From the IMG/VR virus record IMGVR_UViG_3300011113_000265, positions 33,018 to 97,017 of that record: a stretch of 64,000 nucleotides of DNA; one strand, given 5' to 3'. The notes under the pieces are model-generated. The model worked only from the letters and a program-made list of their open reading frames with translations, was not told the origin of the DNA and did no database searches. Positions within the stretch are counted from its first letter, which is position 1. Every line of letters starts with the position of its first letter. Both the position numbers and the translations under genes were made by a program. Below are positions 11,065 to 23,000 of the stretch, one piece after another. This stretch comes from a virus (Duplodnaviria > Caudoviricetes).

Positions 11065-11082
11065 ATATAATTAAATAATAAA

Positions 11083-14000
11083 ATGCCATTAGATAATAAT
11101 AATATAGGACATATTGATGATATAAGAGCAAGGTTAGCTGTTAAAGCTAAAGCTCCAAATTTTGCTACAGCGATAACATTAAAACCTGATCAAATATCTC
11201 AATATGATACTCAATTTGAAATCCCTATAGGAGGAGATTGGGAAAGTGCATTAGGTGAATATAAAGCTCAACAACAACCTGGTATAGATCAACTTGCTAA
11301 TGGTCTTGTTAAAGGAGCTGTATTAGCAGGTACTACATTTGCAGATACTTTTGGAGGTACACTAAGCGGTGTACTTAACATGGCACTTAATGGTTCAGAA
11401 CAAGGTTATTTAAATGCTTTTGTTAATAATCCATTTAGTAATGCTATGCAAGATATTAATGATGCATCAGAAAAAGCTTTTGCTAATTATAGAACTAGAG
11501 CTGAACAAGAAATGGGTGTATTTGAACAGATGGGTACAGCTAATTTCTGGGGTGATATGTTTATTAAAAACTTAGGATTTGCTGGTGGTGCAATGGCAGC
11601 TGGTTATGTAAGTGGTGCATTATTTTCAGGATTAACACAAGGAGTTAGAGCTAGACAAGAAGCAGAGTTATTTAAAAAAATGACTAAAAATGTTATTACT
11701 AAAGATGCTAAAAGTGTTGAAGAAGGTATACAAATGCTTGCTAATGCTGAAAGAACAGGATTACTTAATGTTGAAGCAGCTGAATTAAAACAATTATTAG
11801 AAGATAGTGGTAAAGCATATAGAAACTTAAACAGAGCTAATCAATTAACAAGTTCTGCTTTAGCTGCTACAGGTGAAGCTAGAATTGAAGCTTTAGGTAA
11901 TGGTAGACAATTTCAAAAAGCTAAACTACAAGAACTTAATGCAGAGTTTAAAAATTCTGATGGTACTTTTAAAGCAGGTAAAACTCAAGAAGAATATAAT
12001 AATAAATTAAATCAATTAGATGATTTAGTTAAAGGATTTCAAAATTCTGAGTTTTTAATAAATACTGCTTTATTAACTGCAAGTAACTTTATAGGTTATA
12101 GAAATTTCTTTGCTAAAGATTATGGTTTAAATGCTGGTAGATTTGATGATCTTATTAGTATTAATTCAATTAAAAATATAACTGCTGGTGAAGATATTGC
12201 TAAATTAATACAAACTAAATGGTATAGTACTTTAGGTAAATCTTTAATGGGTTCTGGTAGAGAAGGTCTTGAAGAATTTTTTCAAACTGTAACACAAAAA
12301 TCTGCAGATAATTACTATAGTGCTAAATTTAATGGTGTAGATCCAGATGCTTTTACTAGTCTTGCTGCTGGTATGAATGAAGCTATGGGTAAAGAAGGTT
12401 TAGAAAGTTTTATACTTGGTGCTATGACAGGTTTAATTATGCCTGGAGGTGGTTTAATAAGTGAGTTTAAACAAGCTAAACAACTTAATAAAGATGCTGC
12501 TGAAAGAGTAGCTGATTTAAATAACTCTGTAAAAGCATATGTAGAACAATACAAAACTAACCCTGAAAGTGTGTTTATGAATTTCTATGATATGATTAAT
12601 AGAGATGTTAATCTTAATAAAGCTCAATTAAAAGCTTTACTAGATGATGATAAATATACTTATGAGAATTTAAAAAACGACAAGTTTTATAATATGGCTA
12701 GTGCATTTATTAATGCAGGTAAGTATAATGATCTTGTTGATATATTAGAAGAAGAAACTAAATTAAGTGCTGATGATTTAAGAGTAAAGTATTCCGTACC
12801 TACAGATCCTGCTGATCCTAATTCTCCTAAAAAAGAATTTTTTAAAAACTGGACAGATGATGAGATAAAAACTTATGTTGCTAACCAATCTAGAAAAAAT
12901 ACAGATGCTGTTAAGAATATCAGAGATCTTATGAATAACATAGAATCTAGATATGGTAAACAACTTGCTTTAGTTAAAACTGAAGATGGTACTAAAAAGG
13001 TTGAAATTAAAAACATTTTAGCAAGACATTTATTTTTAGGTGAAACTTTAGATCGCAGACTTACTAGTGTTCATAATGAACTTCTTAAAATGTTTGCTGA
13101 TGCTGAACCTGCTAATGTTTTAGATACAACAGATGGTTTTGCTATTACAGATTTTATTAATAATGCATCTCGTCAACTAGAAGAAGTTAATGATGAAAAC
13201 TTTAAAAAAATATTAAAGAATTTTGAAAAAGTTGCAAAAAATAGTTCTGATCCTAAAAAGATGATAGAACTATTTACTGATTATATACAATTAGCTGGAG
13301 ATAGAAAAGCTCATAATGCTGCTTGGATTAGATTAACTGAAAATAGTTTTACTAATCTACTTAATAGATTACAAACAGAAGATCAAAAACAAGCTGAAAA
13401 AAATATAGAGCAAACTAATAAAGAGTTAAATGATGAAGAAAAGATTAATATAGTTAGAGAAAAAGCTAAAGCTGCAGGTTACAGTAAAGTTGGTAATTAT
13501 TTTACTATTACAGATAATAATGGTAATGTTAAAAAATATGAACTAGATCCTATTGATATATTTAATGAAAGAAAAAAATTACAAGAAGAATTTAATAATA
13601 ATTTATCTCAATTAGATCCTAATGATACTGAAGCTATTAAAGCTTTAGAAGAAGATTATGCTTTTAAAAAAGATGATCTTGTTAATAAAGCTAATCAAGC
13701 TTTAATTAAAGATTTTGAAACTGGAGAATATTTAAAAGAAAATAATCAATATGTAAAATTTAATAAAGAGTTTGCTCTAAAAAATTATAATAAAATACAA
13801 TTTATACCTAGAGAACAAGCCGTATCTATTAAAAGATCTAAGGTAATACAAAATTCTAATAGAAGAAAAATAGAAGCTGTTAGACAAGTATTACTTGAAT
13901 TAAATAAAGATATTAATTCTAATATTGCTCAAATAGATGCTCTTAATAATGAAAAAAGTCAATTAGAAAATGATATAAAATTTTTTAATGAGTATTTATT

Positions 14001-16980
14001 AATATTAGATAATGATATTGATATTGATGAAACTAAAAAGCTTTTAAATAAAGCTAATGACAGATTAAACCAACTTAATACTGCAATAGAAAATATAAAT
14101 AAAACTATATTTGAATTAAATAATCAAAAGAAAGATCTTATTACTTTAGGTTTAGAAATTAAAGAATCTTTTGAAAAATCTGAAGGATTTTCTATCGAAG
14201 AGTTTATTAGAAAAATGGATGATTTAAATATACCATCTATTGAAAGAATATGGGCTAAAAATTTAGTTAAAGATTTAGAAGATTTGGCTAATACTAATGA
14301 TATTGATAATGCATTATATAATTTAGATATTCTTAAAAGTAATTTAGAAGTTGAAGTAAATAGAGTTACTAATATTATTGATATTTTAGAAAAAGCTTTA
14401 ATTAAATCAGAAGCTTATAAAGAATGGGTATTAGCTTCTAAAATAGAAGGATTACCTGGATGGTTTAGTAGTAAATGGAATGTTAGTAAAACAACAGATC
14501 CATTTAAACTTAGTGCTAAATCTAATGATTTAAAAGATATAAAAAAATTATATCAGTTTCAAAAATTAATGACTAAATATGCTAATGCAAATGGTATTAG
14601 TCCTGAAGAAGCATATCAAGAATACTTAAATGATTTAAATCAATTAAAAGAAGAAACTAATAATTTTGATAATAATCTTAATAGAACTTATCAAGAAATA
14701 GAAAGTATTAGAGAACATTTATTAATTAATAAAGCTGATTTAGTTAATTTAAAAAATAGATTAGCTGATGTTATTGATGTAATGGAATTTAATAAGAAAA
14801 GATCTCTTGTTAATACTATTCAAAAAAATCTTAATCAAATTAAAATTAAATATAGTAATATTGTTAATAAAGAAACTAAAAATCTTCAATTAGTAGATAA
14901 TCAAATAGGAAGTGATGCTCCTCCAATTGATGATGTTACTGAAGAAGATAATATTGAATTAGGTACTTCAAAAAGTGCTAAATCTAATAATCTTTTTTAT
15001 ACTACTAATAAAACAATATTACAAAAATCTAATGGAAAAACAGATTATGATAGTGAAGGATATCCAAAAACTAATCCTAATAATGATGCTGTTAGATGGA
15101 ATACCTTTTTAGAAAGAAATCCTGATTTAAGTAAAAACTTTGCATTACAAGCATTTATTTTACAAGATTTACCTGATGACTCTCCACTTAAAATAGCTGC
15201 ATTAGAACGCATAAAACAAGGTGGTGGTACACCTAGTAGTACAGATATTATTACAGCTTTAGTAGATACTAAAACTGACGAACTAGTTAAAGCTAGTATT
15301 GATGGTATTCAAAATGGTGAAGTAGGTCAAGGGTTAGTTTATACATTTTTACCTCTTACAAGTAGTTTATTAGAAGGAGATTCTAAAGTAAATGGACCTG
15401 CATTATTTACATATTTTAATAATTTTGGTTTAAAAGATTTAGGATATAATTCAATTAATTTACAATCATCTATAATGAATTTAGATAAATCTCATGATGG
15501 TGATTTAATAGAACTTACTAAAAAAGATGGAACTAAACTTAAAATAACTTTAGCAGAGTTTAAAAATATGACTTTAGAATATGCTAAAAATAAGCATATT
15601 GAATTTATTAATATAATTATTACATCTAGTAGAAGTGGTAAAAAAGTATTTTTACCTATAAAAGGAGTAACTAATGGTATTTTATTAAAGAAAGAATCTG
15701 TTGATGGTTCTAATGTAATGCAACCAGTTCGTAATATATTAGCAGATAGAAGAAATATTGATACTTCAACTGATACAGGTTTAGATAATGTTAAAATATT
15801 TGTAGTTGATAAAAAAGTTGATCAGTATAAAATACCTGGTACAAATATTATTATTGATAATCCTAAATTAGGAGCTACTATAATTTATAATGCAAAAACA
15901 AAAGAATATTTTTATGCTAATCAAAGAAATATTAATGATGATGAAGTTGATTTAATATTTCATTTGTTAGAAATGATTGCTAATAATCCTGAGAAAAATT
16001 TGAACATGCAAGTAAAAATTGGTGGTCAAGATAATAGATTTTATATTGGAGCTAATGGTGATAGAATATCTGAAATAGATATTTTTAGAAAACAAGGAAC
16101 TATATCTCTAATGAATAATCTTATTTATTGGGGAGGTAAACCTAAAACAGAAGCTACTAAACATACTATTTATATTGATAAAGGTAGAATATTTTATCCT
16201 AATCCTAATAACAACTTTGCTTTAGAATTTATATCTTTATCAGATATAAGAAATATTGGTAAAAATAAAAATTTACAAGCTTATTTAAAAACTAAAAGAT
16301 TTAATGTTAATACTAATATGATGAAAAATACAGGATTATATTTTCATCCAGTATTAAAAAATGGTAAATTAGATTGGGTTGCTTTTAAAGGAGGTTATAA
16401 AGATATGTTGTTAAATGGTAATGCTAAAATGGATCCTGTATTAATAACAAGTGCTATTGATAGTAATAATAGTAATTATAAGGGAAATAAATTATTATTT
16501 GCTTCTAAAAATATTATATTAGATATTAATAATGACGGTATACCTTCTATAATGAATGATTATAAAAAACAACAACCTGCAAAAAGTCCAATAATACCTC
16601 CTATTGTAGCAGGTACATATACTACTACAACAACTAGTCAACCTATTGCTGAACCTGTATTTACTGATAAACAAGGTTTACCACAAAATTTAGAAGATAT
16701 AGAAGTTACAGATGAATTTTTAAATGAGAATGCTGTTATAATAGGAAAATCAAGCAAATCAACTTTTGTATCAGGTGTTACAAATGAACTTATATTTTCT
16801 GAAACACCACTTATTACAAAAACAACGCCTCCACCATCAGATACTAATCAAGGTGCACAACCAGAAGTTGTAGAACAAAAAACTGAAGAATTAAAAGATC
16901 AGTGTGAAGGTAATACTCCTAATACACCTACTAAAAAACCTAAAGGATTTGGTAAAAATAATAATCCATTAGGTATTTAA
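11083..16980 (+). CDS. Giant virion cargo/ejection protein (membrane-type N-terminus, coiled coils)
   Basis: 1965 aa; Gly/Ala-rich hydrophobic helices (LGFAGGAMAAGYVSGALF, FILGAMTGLIMPGGG), GEARIEA and EGLEEFFQ motifs, long coiled coil; precedes the vRNAP gene. Confidence 0.65.
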   Translation: MPLDNNNIGHIDDIRARLAVKAKAPNFATAITLKPDQISQYDTQFEIPIGGDWESALGEYKAQQQPGIDQLANGLVKGAVLAGTTFADTFGGTLSGVLNMALNGSEQGYLNAFVNNPFSNAMQDINDASEKAFANYRTRAEQEMGVFEQMGTANFWGDMFIKNLGFAGGAMAAGYVSGALFSGLTQGVRARQEAELFKKMTKNVITKDAKSVEEGIQMLANAERTGLLNVEAAELKQLLEDSGKAYRNLNRANQLTSSALAATGEARIEALGNGRQFQKAKLQELNAEFKNSDGTFKAGKTQEEYNNKLNQLDDLVKGFQNSEFLINTALLTASNFIGYRNFFAKDYGLNAGRFDDLISINSIKNITAGEDIAKLIQTKWYSTLGKSLMGSGREGLEEFFQTVTQKSADNYYSAKFNGVDPDAFTSLAAGMNEAMGKEGLESFILGAMTGLIMPGGGLISEFKQAKQLNKDAAERVADLNNSVKAYVEQYKTNPESVFMNFYDMINRDVNLNKAQLKALLDDDKYTYENLKNDKFYNMASAFINAGKYNDLVDILEEETKLSADDLRVKYSVPTDPADPNSPKKEFFKNWTDDEIKTYVANQSRKNTDAVKNIRDLMNNIESRYGKQLALVKTEDGTKKVEIKNILARHLFLGETLDRRLTSVHNELLKMFADAEPANVLDTTDGFAITDFINNASRQLEEVNDENFKKILKNFEKVAKNSSDPKKMIELFTDYIQLAGDRKAHNAAWIRLTENSFTNLLNRLQTEDQKQAEKNIEQTNKELNDEEKINIVREKAKAAGYSKVGNYFTITDNNGNVKKYELDPIDIFNERKKLQEEFNNNLSQLDPNDTEAIKALEEDYAFKKDDLVNKANQALIKDFETGEYLKENNQYVKFNKEFALKNYNKIQFIPREQAVSIKRSKVIQNSNRRKIEAVRQVLLELNKDINSNIAQIDALNNEKSQLENDIKFFNEYLLILDNDIDIDETKKLLNKANDRLNQLNTAIENINKTIFELNNQKKDLITLGLEIKESFEKSEGFSIEEFIRKMDDLNIPSIERIWAKNLVKDLEDLANTNDIDNALYNLDILKSNLEVEVNRVTNIIDILEKALIKSEAYKEWVLASKIEGLPGWFSSKWNVSKTTDPFKLSAKSNDLKDIKKLYQFQKLMTKYANANGISPEEAYQEYLNDLNQLKEETNNFDNNLNRTYQEIESIREHLLINKADLVNLKNRLADVIDVMEFNKKRSLVNTIQKNLNQIKIKYSNIVNKETKNLQLVDNQIGSDAPPIDDVTEEDNIELGTSKSAKSNNLFYTTNKTILQKSNGKTDYDSEGYPKTNPNNDAVRWNTFLERNPDLSKNFALQAFILQDLPDDSPLKIAALERIKQGGGTPSSTDIITALVDTKTDELVKASIDGIQNGEVGQGLVYTFLPLTSSLLEGDSKVNGPALFTYFNNFGLKDLGYNSINLQSSIMNLDKSHDGDLIELTKKDGTKLKITLAEFKNMTLEYAKNKHIEFINIIITSSRSGKKVFLPIKGVTNGILLKKESVDGSNVMQPVRNILADRRNIDTSTDTGLDNVKIFVVDKKVDQYKIPGTNIIIDNPKLGATIIYNAKTKEYFYANQRNINDDEVDLIFHLLEMIANNPEKNLNMQVKIGGQDNRFYIGANGDRISEIDIFRKQGTISLMNNLIYWGGKPKTEATKHTIYIDKGRIFYPNPNNNFALEFISLSDIRNIGKNKNLQAYLKTKRFNVNTNMMKNTGLYFHPVLKNGKLDWVAFKGGYKDMLLNGNAKMDPVLITSAIDSNNSNYKGNKLLFASKNIILDINNDGIPSIMNDYKKQQPAKSPIIPPIVAGTYTTTTTSQPIAEPVFTDKQGLPQNLEDIEVTDEFLNENAVIIGKSSKSTFVSGVTNELIFSETPLITKTTPPPSDTNQGAQPEVVEQKTEELKDQCEGNTPNTPTKKPKGFGKNNNPLGI

Positions 16981-17002
16981 TAAAATATAATATAAAATAA
17001 AT

Positions 17003-20000
17003 ATGATTTTTGCATGTCCTATTAAAAGTTCACAAGCTTGGAAAGATTTAGAAGCTACTTATGGTAAACAAATGGCTTGGAATCTTTATTACATGAATGC
17101 TGGAACAATACCTTCATTAACTGAAGCTAAACTAATTCGTGTAAATCATGAATCACAATTAAATAGTTTTATGTTTGAAGATATAAAACTATCTAGTACT
17201 GAAAAAGATGATTTATTTAAAACTTTAAAGTATTGGTTTATTAGAAATATGACAGGTAGTTTTGATACATTAGATAAATTAGAAAATTTATTAGAAGATG
17301 AAATAGATTCTAAAACATTAAGAACTATATATGAAAATACTTTAACAGACATATTTAATAATATTGGTCCTGAACCAGGCAGTAGATTAGAACAAATATT
17401 TATTGCAATAGTTAAAGATCATCCTTATGATGAAACTACTAAATCTAATATATTTTTAGAAGAGTTTGGTATTGATGCAGGTTATGGTCAAGGATTAATA
17501 TATAATCAATTTAAAAAACAATTAAATAATTTACTTAGTTTTGAAGTTGATGATGAATCTGAAAATGAAAAAACTAAAGGTAATGAAGATGTTAAAGATT
17601 CTTATGGTAAAGAAGCATTAAAACAAAATAGAAAAGATAGTTTCTCTAGAGGTATTAAATTATTACTATCAGGTATTCCTAAATTACAAGGTACAAATTT
17701 ATCAGATATAAATAGTTATGTAACTACTCAAACATTTGGTAGTGCTCAACCTATGGATCAATCTACAGTAAATAATTTATTATTAAATACATTTGCTAAT
17801 ACACCTGCTAACATAAATGATTTTTTTGAAAAGATATATAAAGAAAAAGATAATAATCCTACAATTAATTGGTTGTATGAAAAAATATTTCAACATGTTA
17901 AAGTAACAACTAATGAGCAAGGTATAATTGTTAATTCTGAAATTAAAGCTGATGAAACTAATTTAGCTAGATTAAATCTTATTAATAAGTTTATACAATC
18001 ATTTGCTAATTATAAATATAAATTAAATTCTTTTGTTGTTAGTCCTTCTGATTCTTCTGCAGAAGGTTTTAATATTAAAAAACAAGACGCTGATACTAAC
18101 AATCTTAAAAATAGGATGTTAAAAGAATGGGATGCTAATTTAATTAAAAATTATTCTGAAGGTTTTGTAGATTCTAAAGGTTATAAAATTAATTTTAATT
18201 CAAATCAAGGATTTTTAAATTATATCTTAAATGAAAAAACTCCTTTAATTGATAGATTAACAGCTTTAGGTATTCCTAATATTGAAAATAGAATGTTAGA
18301 TTCTGAAGAACTATTACCAATTAGAAATACTAAAGCAACTCTTTTCGATGTATCTAGTCAATTATTAAATAGTATTAGAACTAATCAAAATAAAATACTT
18401 AATTTAAGTAATATACAAGAAATATTTAATCCTAAAGCTAAAGATGAATTTCTTGATATGCATGTATCAGTTGTTGGTATATTAGAGCATTTAATACCTT
18501 ATAGAAAAGATTATGATAATCAGCTTTATAATATAGATGGTAATTTAATTAGTAGTATTAATTTGAATAATTATCAAACTTTAATGTTAACTAGATTACA
18601 ATCAGCTGTTAGTAAAGCATTAAAAATATATCCTGATGATTGGGCTAAAAATAATGGTAAAAATGTTTTAGAATATTTAAATAATGAAATTCCTGAAGCT
18701 TTAAATTTATGGTCTAGTGATAGTATATTTTTAGATAGAATTATTAGAGGTAATAACTTATCTATTGAATTATTAGATGGTATGACTTCTGTTGGAGAAT
18801 CAGGTGTACATACTTCAGTTTTATCTGAAACAGATCTTTGGAGTACATTTATTGATAGTAGTTTAGATAATTTATTTCCTGCAATAAAACACGCAGATAG
18901 AAGTATGTTTTATGGATATAGTTTTGGTTATGGAGATACAGATATACTAAGTAATAGTGGTAAATATGTTCCTAATGTTGAATGGAAAAATGTTTTTAAA
19001 AATTATTTATTTAAATATTTAGATACTGAAATTAGACGTATAAGAATTGCTCAAGATAAAAATAGTATAGGTAATCAAATTCAAAATTATAATAAACAAA
19101 GTAAAAAATTTATTTTATTTGAAGATATATTAGATGTTAATAATTCAGCTAATCAAAATAAAATAGATGATTTAATTAATAGTTATACAGGGTTTGATAA
19201 TTTAGTAAATAATCCTTGGGTAGCTGATAGATTTGAAAATTGGAGTAATCAATATTTTACAAAAACTATTGCTGCAGCTAACTCTGTAGGTATAGGTGAA
19301 AATATAAAAAATTCTGGTATTGATGCAAAAATATTAAATAAACTATATGTAGCTTTAGATTATTCTGCTAGAAGTAAACCTAAAAATAAACAATTTTTAG
19401 ATGAGGTTATTAGTATTGCAGCAGCTAAATATTTTATTGGTTCTATAGAACAATCTAAATTATTTTTTGGTGATCCTGCATTATACAATATAAAAGAATC
19501 AGATGGTATTCTTATATATGATATGATTAAAAGGGTTAATATGCAATCATCTACTAAGATGGTTGGTATTGTTGATGATATTAATAATAGTTTTTTAAAT
19601 AATCTAGCATTAGATAAAAAATATCAAATATCTTTTGATGGGCAAAATTACTTTTCTTATAAAAAGAATTTTGATGGTACTATTACAGAATTAGTTATTA
19701 ATGATCCTAAAACAATAACTTCAATAGGTACTGAACTAGCAATGATTTTTGGTGAAGATTCACCTGAATATAAAGCTTATACTAAAGGATTTGAAGAACC
19801 AGATGGTTATAGTATAGGTAATATATTCTTTGCTCTTGAAGGTATAATTAGAACTGAAGGTATTGCTTCAGGTAGACTTAATGTATTAGAAAAAGAATTA
19901 AAAGCACTACATTCTTCTAAAGAGGAAATTAATAAGTTATATACAATACCTAAAGGTATGAGTGCTAAAGATTATATGACTAATGAATTAAGACCTTTTA

Positions 20001-23000
20001 CTCAACAAAAGTTTCAATATTTAGGTCCTAATTATATGACTGATAGAGATTCATATATTAAAAGTGGATCTGAAGGTGAATGGAAAAATAGATTAGGTTT
20101 TGTTGCAGGTAGAAAAACATCTTATGGTTATTTAATGCCTAGTATGGTTAAAGGTACTGTATTAGAACAATTAAATAGATTTATGTTAGAGAATGGTATA
20201 GACGTTATACATTTTAGTTCTGCTGCTAAATTTGGTGCAGGTAAAACTAGAAACTTTTATAGTACTACTACAACACCTGAAGGTATAACACACACTACTA
20301 GATTTAATAACGCACCTATTGAATATGGTGAAATAGGTTATTTAGATTTTAGATATATGGGTAAACAACAAGAAGTTTCTTATGAATCTAAAAATGAAGC
20401 AAGTGATAGTACTCAAGGTAGAAAAACTAATTTAAGTGGTATTATTGAAAATGGTGAAGCTATTAATGAAGAATTAGAACAATATTTAGAAGAGTATGAT
20501 AATATTTATAGAGATTTAATAAGTGAGTTAATTAAAGAATTAAGTAACTCTTATAAGTTATCTCCAGTTACTTTTAATATGATGGACACTATGAAGTTTG
20601 TTAATCTTATTAGAAAGCAAGCTGAACAAAGAGATTCTCCTAATAATATTATTGATTCTATTGTAGATTGGGCTAATAGTGATACTACTCTTAAATATAT
20701 TGAAAGTTTAGCTAACTATCAAAAAATACAATATGTATTAACTAGTATAGTTACTAATAAACTACTTATATTAAAAAGACCTGGTACAATGCTTCCACAA
20801 TCTCCTAGTACTGGTTGGGAAAATAAAGCTAGACAAGTAATTGGTGATAAATTAGTAGCAAGTGATGAGTATAAATTTTATACTTTTGAATATGATACTG
20901 ACGGTAATATAATTAAAGTTAATCCTTGTGAATGTGCAATACCTTTACCTGTTAAATATATAGATGGTTTATTAGATTATTATGATGGTTCACAAGTATT
21001 AGTTAATAATGAAATTATTAGAAAACCTAATGCTCAACGTAGTATATCAAAACTTATTGATATATTAAATGAGGAAATAGAATCTGGTAATGTTCAACAT
21101 CAAATTACTATTAAAGGTCTTAGAATTCCTAATCAACAAATGTCTTCTAATGATGTATTTAAAGTTAAGAAATTCTTAAATCCTATCTATAATCAAACTA
21201 TTATAGTACCTAATGAAATTATTGTAAAGACTGGATCAGATTATGATATCGATAAGGAAAGTTTATACTTTCCAATATTAGATGATAAGATGATGATTAA
21301 AGGTCCTGATGAATTAAATAATATACAAAAAGCACAACAAGATTTATTAAGTTTAGAAATTAAAATGTTGCTGCATCCTAGTAGAGTTAAAAGATTACTT
21401 ACACCAGTAACAGAAGGTTCTATTAAACAAATTGCTAAAGATAAACAAAAACAAATTGCTCAACAAGAAAAAAATAGTCCTAATAAAACTGTAAATAAAC
21501 CAGCTACACATTTATTTGAAATGTCTAGTTTAATTGATGGTACATTAGAATATGTAGGTGGTAAGAAAGGTGTAGGTATTGTTGCTACTTGGATTACATT
21601 TCACAAATTAGCTGAAAGATATAAAATTACACTTAAACCTAGTTATTATGATGCTAGTAAAGAAACTTATATATCAACAGCTTTAAATAATCAATTTCTT
21701 GATGGTGTAGATAAATATGATACAGAAGGTAATATAATATTTTATAATACTTATAATGAACATAATGGTGTTATTGAACAAATAGAAGATATTCTTAGTT
21801 CATTAATCACTAGTCAAGTAGATATTGTAAAAGATAGTTATTCATCTGTTGTTAATATTAAACTTAATACACTTAATTTAGTATGTTATTTAGTAATGAG
21901 AGGTTGTTCTACTCAAAGTATAATTAATTTTATAGATAATCCTTATGTTAAACAATTTAATAAAATTAAAGATATAAATAAAGCACAATCTATTAATAGT
22001 GATTATGCTAGATCTAATAAAGATATTGTTGAATTTATTGCTAATAAAAATAAAAATATTGAAGCTTTATTAAATGAATATATAAAATTAAGTGAACAAT
22101 CTTTTAAAATTAAAGATGTTAAAGATTATTTATCAGCTGATACTAAGTATTTAAAAAGTCCTGAAGAAGTTTGGGAAGTAGATAATACTTTATACAGTAA
22201 AATAATTTCTACAGAAGGACTTATTTCTGAAAATCAAATAAATAATTTAAGAGATAATAGTTTGCTTAGTGGTTTTATTACATCAAGATCATTAATTAAC
22301 ACTATATTTGATCGTTTATATCTTACAAGAAATTCTAGTAATAAAGAATTAGTTAATAAACAATCTTTATTAACCAGAAATGGTTTTTCACATATCTTTA
22401 ATACAGAAGCTAAAAACAAAGCTGTAAAGCGTTATAATGAACATTTTGTTACGTTCCTTATACAGAATATTATTAAACATAATTATGATAATTTAAAGAG
22501 TGGACCTAATAGTTTAGCTAAAAGAATATTAAGAGCTAAGGATAATCCTCAATTTAAAAATAATACTTTAATAAAACAATTAGTTGCTATTATTGATAAT
22601 AAATTAGGCAATAATACTAATCAACAAATAGATAATATTAAATTATATTTTAGTAAATTAACTACAGCTGAAACTAATAATCTAATTAGTAACTATGAAG
22701 ATATAGAAAAAATTGATAATGATTTATATAAAGATTTAGTATATTTTAATTTATATCAAGCTGGTATATCTAATAGTCCTTATCAATTAAATAAAATACT
22801 TTCTTATAAAGGACAAAAATTAGTATTAAATGCTATTAATAGTCCTGAGATACAAAAGTTGCTTACAGATGAAAATCTTGCTATATTTTATGATAAGTTT
22901 TTTAAGAATAATCCTACTTTAGTTAAAAAAAATAGAAAAATTAAAGCTTCCGATTTTGTTGAAAATAATGATTTTGAAAGTTTTGAAAAATCAATGGATT